Source of the DNA: Blasia pusilla
Taxonomy: Eukaryota
Assembly (NCBI GenBank): GCA_050084515.1
Contig: CM114271.1
Coordinates: 13,702,001-13,766,000, forward strand
Direction: 5' to 3'
DNA length: 64,000 nt
The notes below the pieces were generated by a model that was given only the letters and a program-made list of their open reading frames with translations, was not told the DNA's origin and searched no databases. Below, piece after piece: positions 28,321 to 43,274 of the stretch (the first letter of the stretch is position 1; every line of letters begins with the position of its first letter). Both the position numbers and the translations under genes were made by a program.

Positions 28321-29529
28321 CCACCAGAGCATCCCCTGTCGATCTCTGGTACTACTGAGGAAAAGAGAGCATTTCCTAGAAGAGGTCTCGGCGGATGGGG
28401 GGGCAGGGAGGCACGCGGTAAACGACACTTACTTGGCCTGAATATATTCCTTCGCAGATATTGTAATTGCGTTGGTGGACTGCTTCACTCATCGACGGTT
28501 TCCAATTTCGGCTGGGGCATCGAACGGTCACGCGAACTGATCTGCCCGCAGGAAGAGTTTTGGTCTCGAAGTCTTTATTTATTCTTTCCACTCCTTGTCT
28601 TTGCACGATGGGCATTCACTTTCCGGCAAAAGGGGATCGCACAGGTCAAAACAAATTAGCAACCATTCATTTATATCCATTTTCTTATGATCTTGGCATT
28701 TAAAATTCTTTTCTTGCGTAGTAAGTGAACGTGGCCACTTTTCCCTTTAGATTTACTTGATGCGGCTTCCCTCCATGGGTGAAGGGAAAGAATTCTAGGC
28801 ATCCTTAATTTAATTCACCCTTTTAACATGACAAAATGCACAAGTATACATAAGTAAAGGGTACTAGTAAGGTGCACGGGTTTATAAATGTGTTATAAAA
28901 GTGACTTGTGTTCGACGACATACTTACTACGAAGTCGGTCCCTACATAACGTGGATCGAATTGGATCATGAGTGGTGGAGTTAAGGGAGTGTGGGAGAAA
29001 CTGTCCTTCCACGGAGGTAGACCTACCTTGTCATAGAGCAGATTGATATATGCACATGAGGTAAAGAGCGGCCTCACAAGACATCCATCGCCTCCCCACT
29101 TTCGGAAATGTGGAACTTTATCGACCTTGGACATCATGGCACAACTCTGACAGTTCCCTCATCACTCGTGTCACATACTTAGCACCACATTTTCTAAACA
29201 GGTTTCCTCATAGGAATCCAAGAAACCTATGTTCTCTTCTCTTCACTACAAGTCCTAGGCAGGAGCATAGTATGTTGCCCAAGTGACAAAAGACCCTTGA
29301 CAATTCTCCCTTTATTAGAGCTCACAAAATCTCCTCGATAGCACCTCTGGCAGCTAAATGGCACCCACAAAGTCAACAAGCCCAAAATGTGTGCATGTGA
29401 CACACTCAGTAGGTCGAGGTTTCATCCTCTACCATGCTTCCTAAGACAGATGCATACTGCAGCTATTGGTCCCTCCTCCACCTCTTTCTCATTTTGCATT
29501 TAATGTCTGATTTTGTTATTGAGAAGAGT

Positions 29530-29757
29530 GGAGCAACTTATACGAATGATGGGCACGCTAAGGCCGATGAAAGCAGCAACAAAGAGCACACTTAGTAGTT
29601 TATCAGACGCCACTTCCTGATTGACTGTTGAAGGATCCGTCACAATCTCCTCAGCAATAGCCGCCCCAAAGACGAAAGTTAAGCCAGCAACGGCCAAGAA
29701 TGCCACGTGTTTTGACAAGAGCCATGGGTTCAAGGACATGTAGAAACTTTCAGCCAA
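29530..29757 (-). pseudogene. Possible host gene fragment: small membrane protein with signal-like hydrophobic stretch, AIA-EE, then a second hydrophobic helix
   Basis: AFLAVAGLTFVFGAAIAEEI...DKLLSVLFVAAFIGLS resembles a thylakoid-transfer peptide plus TM helix. No confident family call; appears truncated. Confidence 0.3.
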
Positions 29758-30540
29758 TGGGTAAGGATTGTAATTGCTTGTCAGCTCTTACAATTTCCAC
29801 CTAGGAGCTAGAGTTGGAGCTGGAGTAGGTTGGAGCTAAGGTGCGGCCCTGACTGCTCTGTGAGCTATGGAGCTCTGTGAGCTATGGAGCTATGAACAAA
29901 TTTTTCGAAGTCGGAATCCCAAATCAGATTTGATTGGTGATAGCGCATAGGGTTGAAATGCAAAGCATTCGGACTACAAACCGCAAAAATAGAAATCACT
30001 TTCTCAATAGCAACCGACATTGTTTCCCAAGCTAAGAACGGGATTATCCCACCTATGAGAACTACCATTTCACTTCCAGAGCACCCAAAGATTGCATACT
30101 CACTCCTCAAATTCACATTCTGAAAAACTCCACAATCTCACTTCATAATCATCCCCGAAAACGGAATCGCTGGAACAAATCCCTTGAAGGCCTAGCTCAT
30201 ATCACAAACCTCAACATAGCTAAGGTTCTTCCACAGGACTGGAAATTCCCCAATGCACAATTCCATCTTCAGAGTTTTCCAGCCACTAACACCCACTTTT
30301 CAAATCCAAAGAACACAACAACTCCACTCATCCAGTTACCACCAAACGATGTCCCACAAGCCTACCCCAATCTCACTCCCTCCCCCCCAATAACCTACAG
30401 GCCCACAATTTTGACAGCTCACAAGTATGTGCAACAGACTTAGATGACTAAATTCGCAACTAATACAGAAATTTATCATCCTTCACCATAACCAGCAAAG
30501 TACATCACCTCTGAGGGCTCCAATGGAAGATCCCACAAAC

Positions 30541-30543
<3 letters not shown>

Positions 30544-30595
<52 letters not shown>
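30544..30595. repeat. (AG)n microsatellite
   Basis: Direct reading. Confidence 0.97.
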
Positions 30596-30598
<3 letters not shown>

Positions 30599-32315
30599 GC
30601 ACATCTTTGCGAATACGAGCAATTCACAAGCAATCCGCTAAAGCTATGACTACAACGATAAGTGAAAAAATCGAATGATATGAGTAGGAATCCTTAAATT
30701 ATATCTTCATAAGATCGTTGAGGACGTTGGACTGAAATAAGATCATGAAGGTGCATATCTCGAGCATACGAGAGATGGAGCTCCTCTCTGCAGTAATAAA
30801 AACAACCTACGATGGGAATCATGGCAGCCATATTTGCTAACCCCATGCGACCTCCGTTGAAGTGGTACCTCTGGGTTCTGTGAGAAATAGTCAGAGATAG
30901 AAAATCATGACGAAGTTACCAAATCAAAAACAACGGAAGTTACCTTCTAGCCATGCCCTCCTCCGCTATTTTTAGGTGCTCCATCGTTAGAATAGTACTC
31001 CTCCCGCCTCCACTTCCTTCTACAAAGTTACAACTACACTTATAACTGGTGAATGAGGTTCAAAAGTTAACACGTGGCTCCCTCCAAGACGACATCAATT
31101 TTGAGATCTAGGTTTCCCTACACCGACAAAGACACCAAATCAAACCAAATCAGATAAAATCTATCTATCACGCCACGGCACGAGCAAAGAAATAAAGTAG
31201 CTTCCCTTCTATTTAAGCTGTGTAATATTTTTAGCTCAATTAAGACAAAATGCACGCTGTGTAATATTTTTAGGTCCCTTGACACGAAAGCTTGCTTTAC
31301 TTCTTATAGCGAGGGAACGGTTTCTTTTTATTTTTTTCTTACCGCTAATAGTAACCTCCCATGTTTGGTTAATGGTATAGATTTCAAAATGAGTTATTTG
31401 AGGAATAATTATGAGTGTTCAAAGGGAATAATAGTAGAGTGACGCTTCAGTGAATGAGGAATGCATGAACTTAGAGTAATAAGACATAGCTTCATAGCTT
31501 GCTATATTTGTTGATTGGAGCTCGTTTGAATTGATGAGGCAAGAGCTTAGGGCAATTTGCAAATGTATTGCTCAGACATGAAACTCATCATGAGTCTTAG
31601 TGTACCCACAAGGAATGCAAAAGCGGGGTCGGCAATGGCCAAGTGAGACCTGGAATAATTTGTACATGCACAGAATAGAACTTAATGGCCATGAAGGAGC
31701 GCGACAACAAGAGTGCTTATGAGAGATGAAGTGACAATATTGGGATGCATAGTTTGGACTTGAACGGATTGGAGTTCTTAAGTTTTAAGGACATCTATGG
31801 GGCACTATTGTTGATAAGAAAATGCTGGGAGTTGTGTTAAAACATGGAAACTAATACCATTTACATGAACTTTGAAGAGAAAAAGGATGAATAGATACTC
31901 CATAGATGAGTCTAGCATTCATGGATCCAAGTCTGAACTTGGTAAAATGACAAATATTTATGTCTCATAGCGTCATGGAATCAAAACCTGAACATATGAA
32001 ATCTCATTGTGGAAAACCTGCAAGTAAATTCTGGCAAACACTACCAACACAGAAGAGACTGAATAACAAAAGCTCTAAGAGCATGCTTGGGGTCATCCTG
32101 AATGTAGTCATGGACACTAGCCAAGAACTCCTTGAACTCAGCCATCTGCCAAATGCTGCTTGAGATCATTTAGCCTAGGTAGATATGCCATATTGGCTTC
32201 TTGTTTAAGCTCAAACACATGAGTCAAAATAATGACTTCAATTGATAGGCGTCCAAACCGTTCTTCAGCCTCATCCAAAGTTTTCCACATGGATTTGTAG
32301 ATGTGATCTAGAAGT

Positions 32316-32670
32316 CTACGAGGATGGTGACTTTCTAAGGCTACAAGATAGGGAGAGAGGGCTTTCCCAAGCCATCTTTCTCATGTTGAACCTTTGGAGC
32401 ATCTTTTTTGCATAGGTGTGTGTAGGAACTAGCATCTGCATTCCCTCATAGCGGAGGGTGGATATGGCTCGATATGCCGATGTAGATTTAGGAGTGGAGT
32501 TAGGAGTGTGACCCATTTTTACTGTGATGTTTTTCTGTGGTCTCGGTGTTTGTGCGTAAGTATATTTTTTTATGTGTGGATCTATCCGTGTGTTGGGAAG
32601 ATCGATGTTGTGTGGTGTGTAGATGTTACTAGCAATGTGGATTGTGTAGCAATGTGTATGTGCATATTAA
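32316..32670 (+). mobile_element. Degenerate B-A terminal repeat unit of a third subfamily of the split-repeat Gypsy family
   Basis: About 32535-32670 is the reverse complement of the A-like segment at 48058-48195. The preceding part resembles B of element 2 (TTCCCTCATAGCGGAGGGTGGATATGGCTCGAT vs TTCTCCCATCGTGGAGTGGGTTTGGCTCGAT). Confidence 0.6.
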
Positions 32671-32975
32671 TAGAGCGCATGCGCATAACAAAGCCCTTTG
32701 TATGATTTTCATTATCATCTTTCTCAATTCCAATCTGTCGTTCTTACTTGATACTTAAGCATATTCAAGTTGAATGATCTATCTTCCATGCAGATCTGGA
32801 GTGGTGGTCATGATGGGGATTCATACACTCAAGGTTACACCAGTGATACTGTGAATTGGGATCACCATCCTCCTTGGAAGGCAAGTGAATTTTTGACAAT
32901 TTCCCTATTTTTGGCTTTAGGAGGCTATTTTTGGGTTTGGATGGTACTTTTGGGTTTCCCCAAAAATAGCATCAT

Positions 32976-33695
<720 letters not shown>

Positions 33696-34421
33696 GAGAG
33701 AACCATAGAGAGCATGGCATGTCGACAACACTAGTCAAAATTACTTAATATTCAAACAATTTTTCTTCATTAAGACTCTTATCAAGCCATCCTTCACGTG
33801 CTCCCATTCGGAAACTCTACTTCCAGATCAGATAGAACCAGCATGCTTGGAAAGGCTCATGGCTTCAAAACCAGCTCTACCCTCGAAGACCCACAACTGT
33901 AGGAATAAAGACTTGTTACAAAAGTTGAAGAAATTCTTTTAGGGTTTGGACTAGCCAAACTTGAAGACTTTAGGTGAATAGAGGGAGGCATGATAGAGCA
34001 TACGAGAGATAATTCTGTATAGTCCAATTATCCTTAGGATGTGAAGGGTAATTTTAACCTAGTCTTCAACTAGCATGCTCAGTCATCCCTAGTTTGAAGA
34101 CTTGGTTAAAAGCAAGTCATCCTTAGATGAAGACTTGGTTAAAAGTAGGATTGGGGAGATATTTGTTGGAAATCCAGAAAAACTGAAGTTACTGGTAAAT
34201 CAGGAAATCCTGAAAAACTGAAAAATCTTGAGAAGCTGAAATTACCGATAAATTGATATTTACCATATCACTAAGAGTAGCTGTCGGAACCTTGCCGTGA
34301 TTGGAGATGTATTCTTATGACATGCTACTTATTCAGAATTATACATTTGCATATGATTTTGAATTACCATCCTAGGTGTACAATTGAATTCGAGCGATTT
34401 TATTGGTTTAGATAACGAACA

Positions 34422-34502
34422 ATTCTATTGGCTAAAAAATACATGTGACAAAAGGAGAGGTGGTTTCAAAATGAAGAGGCACTCTCCAATAATAATATAG
34501 AT
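34422..34502 (-). repeat. Dispersed repeat, copy 1 (copy 2 at 36001-36081); possible Helitron 5' end
   Basis: Both copies end ...GGCACTCTC(C/T)AATAATAATAT(A/G)GAT, which reads A|TC(T/C)ATATTATT on the minus strand, like plant Helitron 5' termini. No matching 3' hairpin-CTAG was confirmed. Confidence 0.4.
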
Positions 34503-36000
34503 GAGTTGGCGGTTTTTGGTTAAGACTGGTCAACTTTTGCTTCAACAAAACGCGCATGCTTGTGCTGGAGCAAACCATCTACGCTTTACAACTATGTACC
34601 CTTTCAATTATGTATAGCCAAGAATATCTTGCATCTATATCCCTTCAATGCATAGCCGAGAATATTTTGCATCTATCTTTTGTATTTCTTATCCTTAATT
34701 CCTAGCAAGATATGCGGGGCTTTCTAAAAGTGGAAGAATATATTCTTCTTATTCTTACTTCCTGGCATTAGGCGGAAATATTTTTATACGAGGAAATATT
34801 TGTAGCAAGGTTGAATCCATTGGAGGAATTTTTCTCGTGATTGAAAATTTCGCTCATGCATTGGATATAGTTGCAATGTTACATTGTGACAAACTCGTCC
34901 ACATTTCACTTATTTTGCTAACTTGTCAACCCTTTTCATGGAGGGAGATGAAACTCTTTCGTGTGGAAATATTATCTACTTCAGACATGGTTCATAAGAA
35001 AATTGAATGAGCAGTTTGCTAGATGACATTGAAGAAGAAAGAAAAGAATTTTGATACCAATGTCTTTACTAAACTAGCTAGGAGTCGAGCTAGCCTTAGT
35101 TCAAATCGAAGTTACCTATTTTGTCCAAAACTTTAAGGCATAAAATCAAGAAACATGAGATTCATTTGTATTAGGCAACAAAACTCTGATTTCTTTTTAT
35201 AGTAAAATGAATATTTATTTATTGATTCAAAAGTTATGAAATGATCATAACGTATTTAGCACTCACAACCTTTTCCATCTCCTAATCCATAGACCATTGA
35301 TATTACACATTTATCTTATAGACAACATTTCAAGTCCATTAGGGACGTTGCATAGTCAAGTTATATAATTATCTTAGTTCTGTATCTCACACGTTTCATT
35401 GAGCCACCTAGGAACCCCGCAATCTAGCAATGTGCGACACTATCAACCCGGAGATGTTGGGTAGCACGACCGTTGGCCCTTAGAAACTTTACAAGAGCTT
35501 CTACCTTTCTGCAAGTGGAAAGTAACACCACAACAAAGAGTGCAATCGGCGCAGCTTGTTCTCATTTTTGTGGTGAGTTCAACTGGTAGGGGGATGCCCC
35601 TTTTTCTTTTTCTCGTCCAATCCTGGCCTTCACGTACTTGAATCTTTGAGTTCCCCTCTTTTGTACTCCCGATGGGTTTTCCATCATCCCCTTTTTATTC
35701 AAGCTTTCCTTTGGTTCTCGTTTGTCGCCATTAGCTTATGAGTTATCCTTGGTGAAATCTAACCAATCCTCGAAAATAGGAATTATTGATAGTCTAAACT
35801 GTCCAACATCGTGCAAGTTGGAATCCAAGATTGAATTCTTTCCTCATAGGTGAGGTAGAGCATCCCAGAACAATAAACACGCAAAGGTAAAGCTCAGCAG
35901 TTGGGTGCAATGCACAAGTTTAAATTACCTCCCATAATTAATGTCTTAAGTGCCATTTTAAATCAATTTTGAGTGATCCTATTGGTTCAAAAGGCAAATG

Positions 36001-36081
36001 ATCCTATTGGCTGAAAGTGCCAAGTGTCAAGAGGAGAAGAGTTTGCAAGATGAAGGGGCACTCTCTAATAATAATATGGAT
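36001..36081 (-). repeat. Dispersed repeat, copy 2; possible Helitron 5' end
   Basis: Similar to 34422-34502. Confidence 0.4.
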
Positions 36082-37369
36082 GTAATTTTTTTCATTCTTA
36101 TTCTTAACGCAATTCCGTGCGTATGAGGGTAATGCCACATGAATAAAAGAGGACTAAGAGGGCCATTCAAAGTGTCCCTTATGGTGATTTTTATGGCGAG
36201 AGAAAGTAAAGAGATTTATATGTGAAATTATTTGATTTAATTTCAGAAATATTTTAAAATTAAAATTAGATGGTTGGAAGAAGGATAAATTTTGTAAGTG
36301 GGTTATGTCCTTAGGTACCCCATCTTGTGTTGCGTTTAATTAGATTGATTTCCATAATTCAATGTTGCATCAATTGTTGTGGGGCTGGTTTCAAATGTCC
36401 TAATCTTTCTATCTATTGTCAACTAAAAATGCATAGTTAGAAAAAATAATGAGAAAATAAGTCAAAATAGTACCATTATTACTATTTTTTTCTCTTATTT
36501 AAGGTTTGACACTTTGGAGAGGGACAATAAATTTGAATTTTGGGTGGGAAATATGATTTACTTAATGAAGAATTGGTGTTATTTTTAGGAAGGAGTGGGA
36601 TATCATTTCAACCTTTGTACATTGAGGAGTGGGGTGCAATTTCAGTACTTATGGAAGATTGCGATACTATTTCAACCTTTATTGAGGAGTGGGATTATTT
36701 AAGGGAATGAGATGTTACTTCTACTTTAAGAAAGTGGAAAAATAAATGGGTTTGGGAATGGAGGAAATGATTGGGAAATGGAAGATTATTTCTAGATTAT
36801 TATTTTTTAAATACCCTTTTGGTGCAAAGCATGAGCGTGCTAACTGGTCATAATGGAACACTCCAATAGCCTCCCTTTAAGAAAGACGGAATGCATAAAC
36901 TACCTCTTATCCCATCCAAAAAGAAAATGAAAATGAAAATAGAATAAGAATGTGGTTGTTTCCCCACCAACTTATGAGAAATTTGTTCTCTCTTTTGCGT
37001 CAAGGGATTTTGCATATACCATTAAATTTGTAGCCTTAGCACCACCACGGACTTTTAAGGCATGGCCCGCAAGGACCGATGACATTGCACGAGTGACCTC
37101 TTACCCATCATGTTAGCCTGTCTCTCACCTCAAGGCCATTTCTTGATGAAGTCAACTCTAACCTAACCCACAATAGTAATTGAAGATCCACATTCCTAAT
37201 CTAAAAGTCAACTATTGCTAGAAGTAACTAATTTTCCAAAATGGGTAAGTAAAAATAAATATAAATCACCTTAAAATAGGGATATCTTACAAGCACATGA
37301 CATCCACCTCCTAAAAAAAATCCCCAACCAAGAAGAGTTGGCGCATGATACCTCTCAACATGCAATACC

Positions 37370-37500
37370 AAAATGAGGAAACATGCTCTCTCATGTTACT
37401 TGTGGCCTCAACAGGTCATCCTTGACCTCTTGAGGCTATCCTCCACTACCCGCAAAGGCTCTCTACTAGATCTCGCCGATCGATCCTAAAAGACGTGACA
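37370..37500 (-). mobile_element. Degenerate extra B-terminus of the element-1 family
   Basis: Aligns with 38140-38267 and ends ...CCTAAAAGACGTGACA. Confidence 0.75.
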
Positions 37501-38582
37501 CTCCAAATTGTAACCTACGTGCAGAGGTTATCGGATAATCGTTATCTTCATCAACAAGTCATATGACTGACAAACACCAAAACAAGGAAATTAGCAAAAA
37601 CAATATTCTTGATGCAATGGACCTTGTCATGCGCATACACATCGCTACACAACATACATCGCTGTCACCGAACACACACACAAACACGCACGATCCCATG
37701 CTAACTCATGGCATCCAAACAACGAGACAAGAAGTACCAAATATCTCCAATTAAAATAAGATCCAATCTCTCTCTACACAATCTCACACCATAGCTCTCA
37801 AAGGTGTGCACTCTCTCTCATATCAAACCAAACCCACTCTCCAAATGAGAGGCTTGGGTTACACTCACAAGGCAAGGGACCATAGCTCCGCCGCCTCATG
37901 CCAAGAGGTTCAACAAAGAAAGAATGAGCTCTCAAGCTCTCTCTCCTTGAGATATATACCCCTCCCCTCTCCCAAGCTCTCTCCATGGTAACCTATTCTC
38001 CCAAGTCACCTCCTTGGCTCTTGACCTGATGTAGGAGGTCAAGGGCCACTTACCAAAAATAGAAAGTCGATCATATACTCAAAATGGTACTTACCTAAAA
38101 TAGTAAGTTCCTCAATATGGCTCCAAATGAGCCAAAACGAAGGGGAAACCTGCTCTCTCAGGTTTCTCGGGGCTTCAGCAGGTCATCCTTGACCTCCTAG
38201 GCCTGTCCTCCACTACTCTTGAAGACGTTGTACTAGATCTCACCGATCTATCCTAAAGGACGTGACAGTTGTCGTGCGCATATACATCGTTACACAACAT
38301 ACATCGTTGTCACCGAACACACACACAAACACGCACGATCCCATGCTAACTCATGGCATCCAAACAACGAGACAAGAAGTACCAAATATCTCCAATCGCC
38401 CCCCTAGCTGGTGGTTAGGTCCCTCTAACTCCAGATAGCCATCTATCCCTACCTACCATGACATACATCTCTCGGACGCTAAGAGCAAGAAGGTTGGGTG
38501 CTCATGTGGCCCCATCGTTAGTCGCCTTCCTATCATCCATGTCAGAGAAAAATTTGGGATCGAGACCTACCTAGTATCTCCT

Positions 38583-39900
38583 CTATGTACATCTGGGACA
38601 CATCCATCGTCCTCGAGGAACCCTAGTGAGAGGTGGCGTCAGACATGCCATATGCCAACCTCTCGAACAACCATCACAGACTAGCATCATGGCCGCACCA
38701 CGGGCAGAACCACACAACATACAACGCAAGCCTGCAAGAACTACTGCTAAGCTTGGATCCACTGTACCATCAATGTTAGGAAGGTGACATGGTGCACAAT
38801 TACGCACATGGTCCTTCCATACCATACCATCGCGTCCCTCCAGCAAGAGAACACCGGATGGCAAAACGTCACGCACTCTCAGGATAGTGCGCCCTGCAGT
38901 CACATCCAACATCATCAGTGTCATTTACTACAAGTAGACATAATCTCCTTGATGAAACCTTCGGATAGTTGGTCAATAACCACCACCCCGAATAGTCGCA
39001 TACCTCAACGTATCCCGATATTGCACAATCGCCAAGTTCTCGAACGCCATGGGCATCACTCTTCGAAATAACTCAGCCCTCTGAGAACATGCTCGCACCC
39101 ATACATCTGGGTCATCAAGGTCCAGCACCTCACCAGCATCTCGACAAATGGCCATAGGTAAATCTGGCTCTCGGCCATAAAGTAGCAAGTACGGTGAAAA
39201 AGACGCTAAGGATGCATGCCTGCTGAATCTGTATCCCATCGCCAACCATGGCAACTGGAGGTCCCAATCTCCTAGGTGACCTCTCTACAAGCCATACTTG
39301 CCTAAACCCCTCTCCATCGTCTGCACAACTCTCTCCGCTAATCCATCTGCCTCGGGATGATCTCGCGAAGTCGTGCAGTGGTCGATCAGCGCCTGATCAC
39401 ACAAGGCTTGAAACTCATCGGGAAACTCGGTACCCTGGTCTGTCAACACCTCAGTCGGTGTGCCCTAATGACTCAGCACTCTCTAAAGGAAGGCATAAGC
39501 TACCCCCTCACTCGCTTTGTCAGGAAATGCAACCAACTCGATCCACTTCGAGAAGTGCTTGATCATCACCAACACATAACGATTGTGACGCTCCCTCAAA
39601 GGCAAAGGTCCTGCAAAATTCAAACTCCATCTATACCCTAAGCTCATGATCGGTAATGGATGCAACTGTGGAGTCGGAGCATTGAACGATGCTTGGACCC
39701 GATCACACACCATGCACCTGGCAACAAACTGCTCAACGTCATTGTGCATGCCTCGCCACCAATACTGAATTTGGAGCAGGGTGTACGTCCGCTTCACCCC
39801 AAAGTGACCTAACTCCTTATGGGCATGCTACACTAGTCGTGCTCTCTGCAAAGGATGCGGCACTACGTGTATGCTGCCATCCTCCCAAACCCTCAAAACA
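38583..39900 (-). pseudogene. Element 1 DDE integrase with C-terminal PHD finger (38583-38723)
   Basis: HHCC zinc domain (AH.ELGHFG...CMVC), WSL(D/N)FAGP, SKWIELV, TDQG.EF, SPYLLLYGREP. PHD: CMLC...CDGC...HMAC...WMCPRC. Confidence 0.92.
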
Positions 39901-39971
39901 TATGTCCCCTCCCAACGGAAACGCCTTTGCCCCAGAGGATCTCGATCCGCTCTCTAGCATCCACGGTGCTC

Positions 39972-41672
39972 TTAACGCCCGGTCTGAAGGTACTCCAAGA
40001 CTACTCCATCATCATGAATATCTCTACCACTTGTCGTCTCCTCACTGGCCTCGAGATCCAAGGACTCTCCACTAGACCTCACCATCGAAGTCTCCACACT
40101 CTGGCTCTCCATAGCCAACATGCCTAAATAGGCTGACGCTTGCCATCCTAGCACCGACTCCTCATCACTCTCTCCATGCCATTGAGCTCCAGTTGCATCT
40201 CGTTGACTCAGGCATGGGTTACGACTCAACCCATCTGCATCTTGGTTGAGCGTCCTAGATCTATGTACCACTTGAAAATCATACTCCTGCAACAACAGAG
40301 CCCATCTCGCAAGCTTCCCTTTAAGCTTGTCGGACTCCATCAACCACTTCAGTGGTTGATGGTCAGTGATGATGGTAAAGGGGTTTCCGAATAAGTAACA
40401 CCTGAAATGCGCGATAGCCCACACCGCAGTCAAGCACTCACCCTCATACAAGATGTACTTTGCCTCTGTAGCGTTGTTCGAGCGGCTAGCGTAAGCCACC
40501 ACGAATTCTCTACCCTCATCATCATGTTGGGTGAGCACCGCTCCAAGCCCCAACATGCTCCAATCTTTGTGCAACTGGAAAGGACGCCCCTTGATCGGTC
40601 TCCTCAAGATGGGCGCAGATGTCAACCTGTCCTTGAGCAACTGAAATGCTCGCTCTTGCTCATCCCCCCAGTGCTACTCGTGATCCACCTTGGTCAGCAA
40701 GGTCAGTGGCTTCGCAATCGAACTGAATCTCTTGACGTATTGCCGATAGAAGTTCGCCAATCCCATGAATGCACGAACACGGCTCACATATGTAGGGCGT
40801 GGAATGCGTGAGATAGCCTCTACCTTCGTTTGCTGAACACCAAGGCCCCCTGGGTATATCGTATGACCCAAGTACTCAATGTGGTCGCAGAAGAACTTGC
40901 ACTTGCCTGGATGTAGCTTCAGCCCATGTAATTACAATCGTCAAAACACCTCCTCTAGATGTCGCTCATGCTCCTCAGCCGTGGCGCTAAAGACTACAAT
41001 GTCATCAATATAATACCTAGCAAAATCCAGACCAGCCAAGATCCTATCCATGACCCTCTGAAACTTAGCCGGGGCGTTCTTTAACCCAAATGGTAAGAAC
41101 CACCTCTGGTACAAACAATCCTTCCCGTGAGGATCGATGCCCCAAAATGCCGTCTTCTACATGTCCTCCAATCTGATAGGCAGCTGATGGTTTCCGGCTT
41201 GCAAATCTAATGGACTGAAGACCTTTGCGTGACCAATCGCATCAAAGATTTCCTCAAGGGTGGGCATGGTATACCTATCGGACTTTGTCTGCCGATTGAT
41301 AGGTCGGTAATCCCCACACATCCGCCTATCCGTCTAGTTGCCATGCACATCCTTCTTGGCGGGCATGACAGTGGCAGATGCATACTCCCCATGGGACATC
41401 TCCACTAGTCCTACTCTGACCAAGTCCTGGCTCCTACTTTGAATCAGAGCCCTCTCCATATCACTGTACCTATAGGGTGGTCGGAAGATCGGCGTAACAC
41501 TCGAAAACTCAATGCGGATCCCCGGTCCCTTCAGCGTACCCAAATCCTCCATGCTAAATGCAAAGCAACTCGTGAGGAACTGATGTATCCGGCGCCGCTC
41601 TCCTCCTTTCAACTTAGGGCCCATATCTGGCTCCCAAGTCTCCACCGTGACTACGGTAGGACTCTCTGGCAC
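39972..41672 (-). pseudogene. Element 1 reverse transcriptase and RNase H
   Basis: PIFRPPYRYS, RMCGDYRPIN, LPFGLKNAP and YIDDIVVFS (about 40990-41015); RNase H FQLHKDWS...LGAVLTQ...YEGECL...TDHQPLKWL. Confidence 0.92.
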
Positions 41673-41999
41673 GGGTATCGGTGGTTGCTATGGTGCAACC
41701 CCGTCTCGAACAACAACACTCAGCTGCTCTTCTGCAGCCAACTGCAAACTCTAATCTCCTCCACATGCAGTGCCCGAAACCACGCTCGATGTTGTGGCTA
41801 TCATCTCCTGGCGTACCTGCAAAACATCCCAAGAAGTCCAAGGGTGTCTCTCCCGATCTCCCCTGGTGCATAGATCTCCTCGGGTCTCGCCCCCACCCAC
41901 TGCCTCCACCATCTCGGTAGGCATGGGGCTCACCAAAGCAACCGCTGTGATCTGTTGCAATCTCATACGACGCTGCTCAGCCACTCCCAAGCAGAGGAT

Positions 42000-42935
42000 C
42001 CATGTCAGCAGTTCAGGTCCATCGCGACCCAAGACATGGCGTCGTGATGCCTCTAACACTAACGGTACTGCCGTCACACCTGTGGGAAATCCCATCGCTC
42101 GCTCTCTCTCATCGGCGTTGGGCTCCACCAACTGCTGAACCTGGTCATCCCAAACCAAGCCAGGACCGGCCTCCTTGTATGCATAGGAAGCGGGAAAACT
42201 CACAAACGTGGGCAAGGCTGCCCGCAACATGCCTACCCTATTGACCACAGTGAACGGTGGTCGATCAACGTGCCTCACTGCCTGTGATTGACGACTTGGA
42301 TCTAGAATGGAATCCACTACCAAATGAGAGGGGCGCTCCACTCTCGCATACGCCCTCCGTAACACCGCATGGGGCACCAAGTTGGTCCATCATAGACGCG
42401 GGCGATGGGCTCTAGAATCTACACTCGCCGCATCCAAGAACACTGCTGGGCCGATCCAGGCACGCAGCTAATGAGCACTCGTCACCACCCGTGACCTGGA
42501 GTCTCCTAAGATCGGCACATTCTCCAGAATGTAGGCTGGAGAACGAGACTGGTGCTCCTCCAACTGCCGTAAGACCCTCAACATCTCCCAAAACAACCTG
42601 GACCGAGTGTCAGCCAACCCGCTGCCTCGTTCAGCACTCATTGGCCCTAACATGGCCAACCGGAAATGACCAAATTAATGGTCCCTACCCGCTCTAAGTC
42701 CTGCGTCCCCAATAACAAAATATTCCTCAGTAGGGAACTTTGGTACCCATGTACTACGGACGCAGACAATAAGTCGGGAAAACATAGGCGTAACTGCGCC
42801 ACATATCGTAGTGAGACGCGCCTTGCAACATCATCACTCTCCACATACATGTACTGTTGTACTCGCACTCCTGCCTGCAAAACAGCAGCTACCCAGATGC
42901 TAATCCCTCCAAAGAGATCTAACACTCGGATACCC
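42000..42935 (-). pseudogene. Element 1 C5 cytosine DNA methyltransferase domain (DNMT3-like motif order)
   Basis: Motif I IRVLDLFGGIS; IV NLVISGWPC*; LADTRSRLFWEMLRVL; VI YILENVP; VIII LDAA..SRAHRPRL; IX ERERAMGFP; X RRHVLG. Confidence 0.92.
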
Positions 42936-43274
42936 TCCCCCGGGATACACCACACAATGGGTGTGGTATCCAAGGGTGTCATCGTAGCACTCCTTGCTAC
43001 CTTGGGTTCCTCAGACCCGTCACGCTCCGGTGCAAACGCTTCACTCCACGCCGTCTGCACGTGCTCATCTGCCAATCGTCGAAGCTCCTCAGTCGAGCCC
43101 CACAACAGCACCTCTCCTCCACGGAATGATATAGCTACCATAACACTCCTCTCCATAGAAATGTCAGGAACGGGAGTATCCTCTGCATGGACATGTCCCT
43201 CAATCAAATCACTAGGCCAAGTGATGGCACTGCTAAATGCTGCTAAGGTCGCCATCTCTCCTGGCCGTTGTTCG

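Noticed and set aside
34080-34260. Short tandem duplications as a CRISPR-like or regulatory array
   Set aside because: Only 2-3 degenerate units without unique spacers, in a eukaryotic repeat context.
37625-38267. Treating B2+A2 (and 58119-58588) as an ordinary 3' LTR or a separate solo LTR
   Set aside because: The 5' end has only B. A1 sits between the PPT and this unit. The unit has no TSD of its own, while the TSD brackets the whole B...A-B-A structure in both elements.
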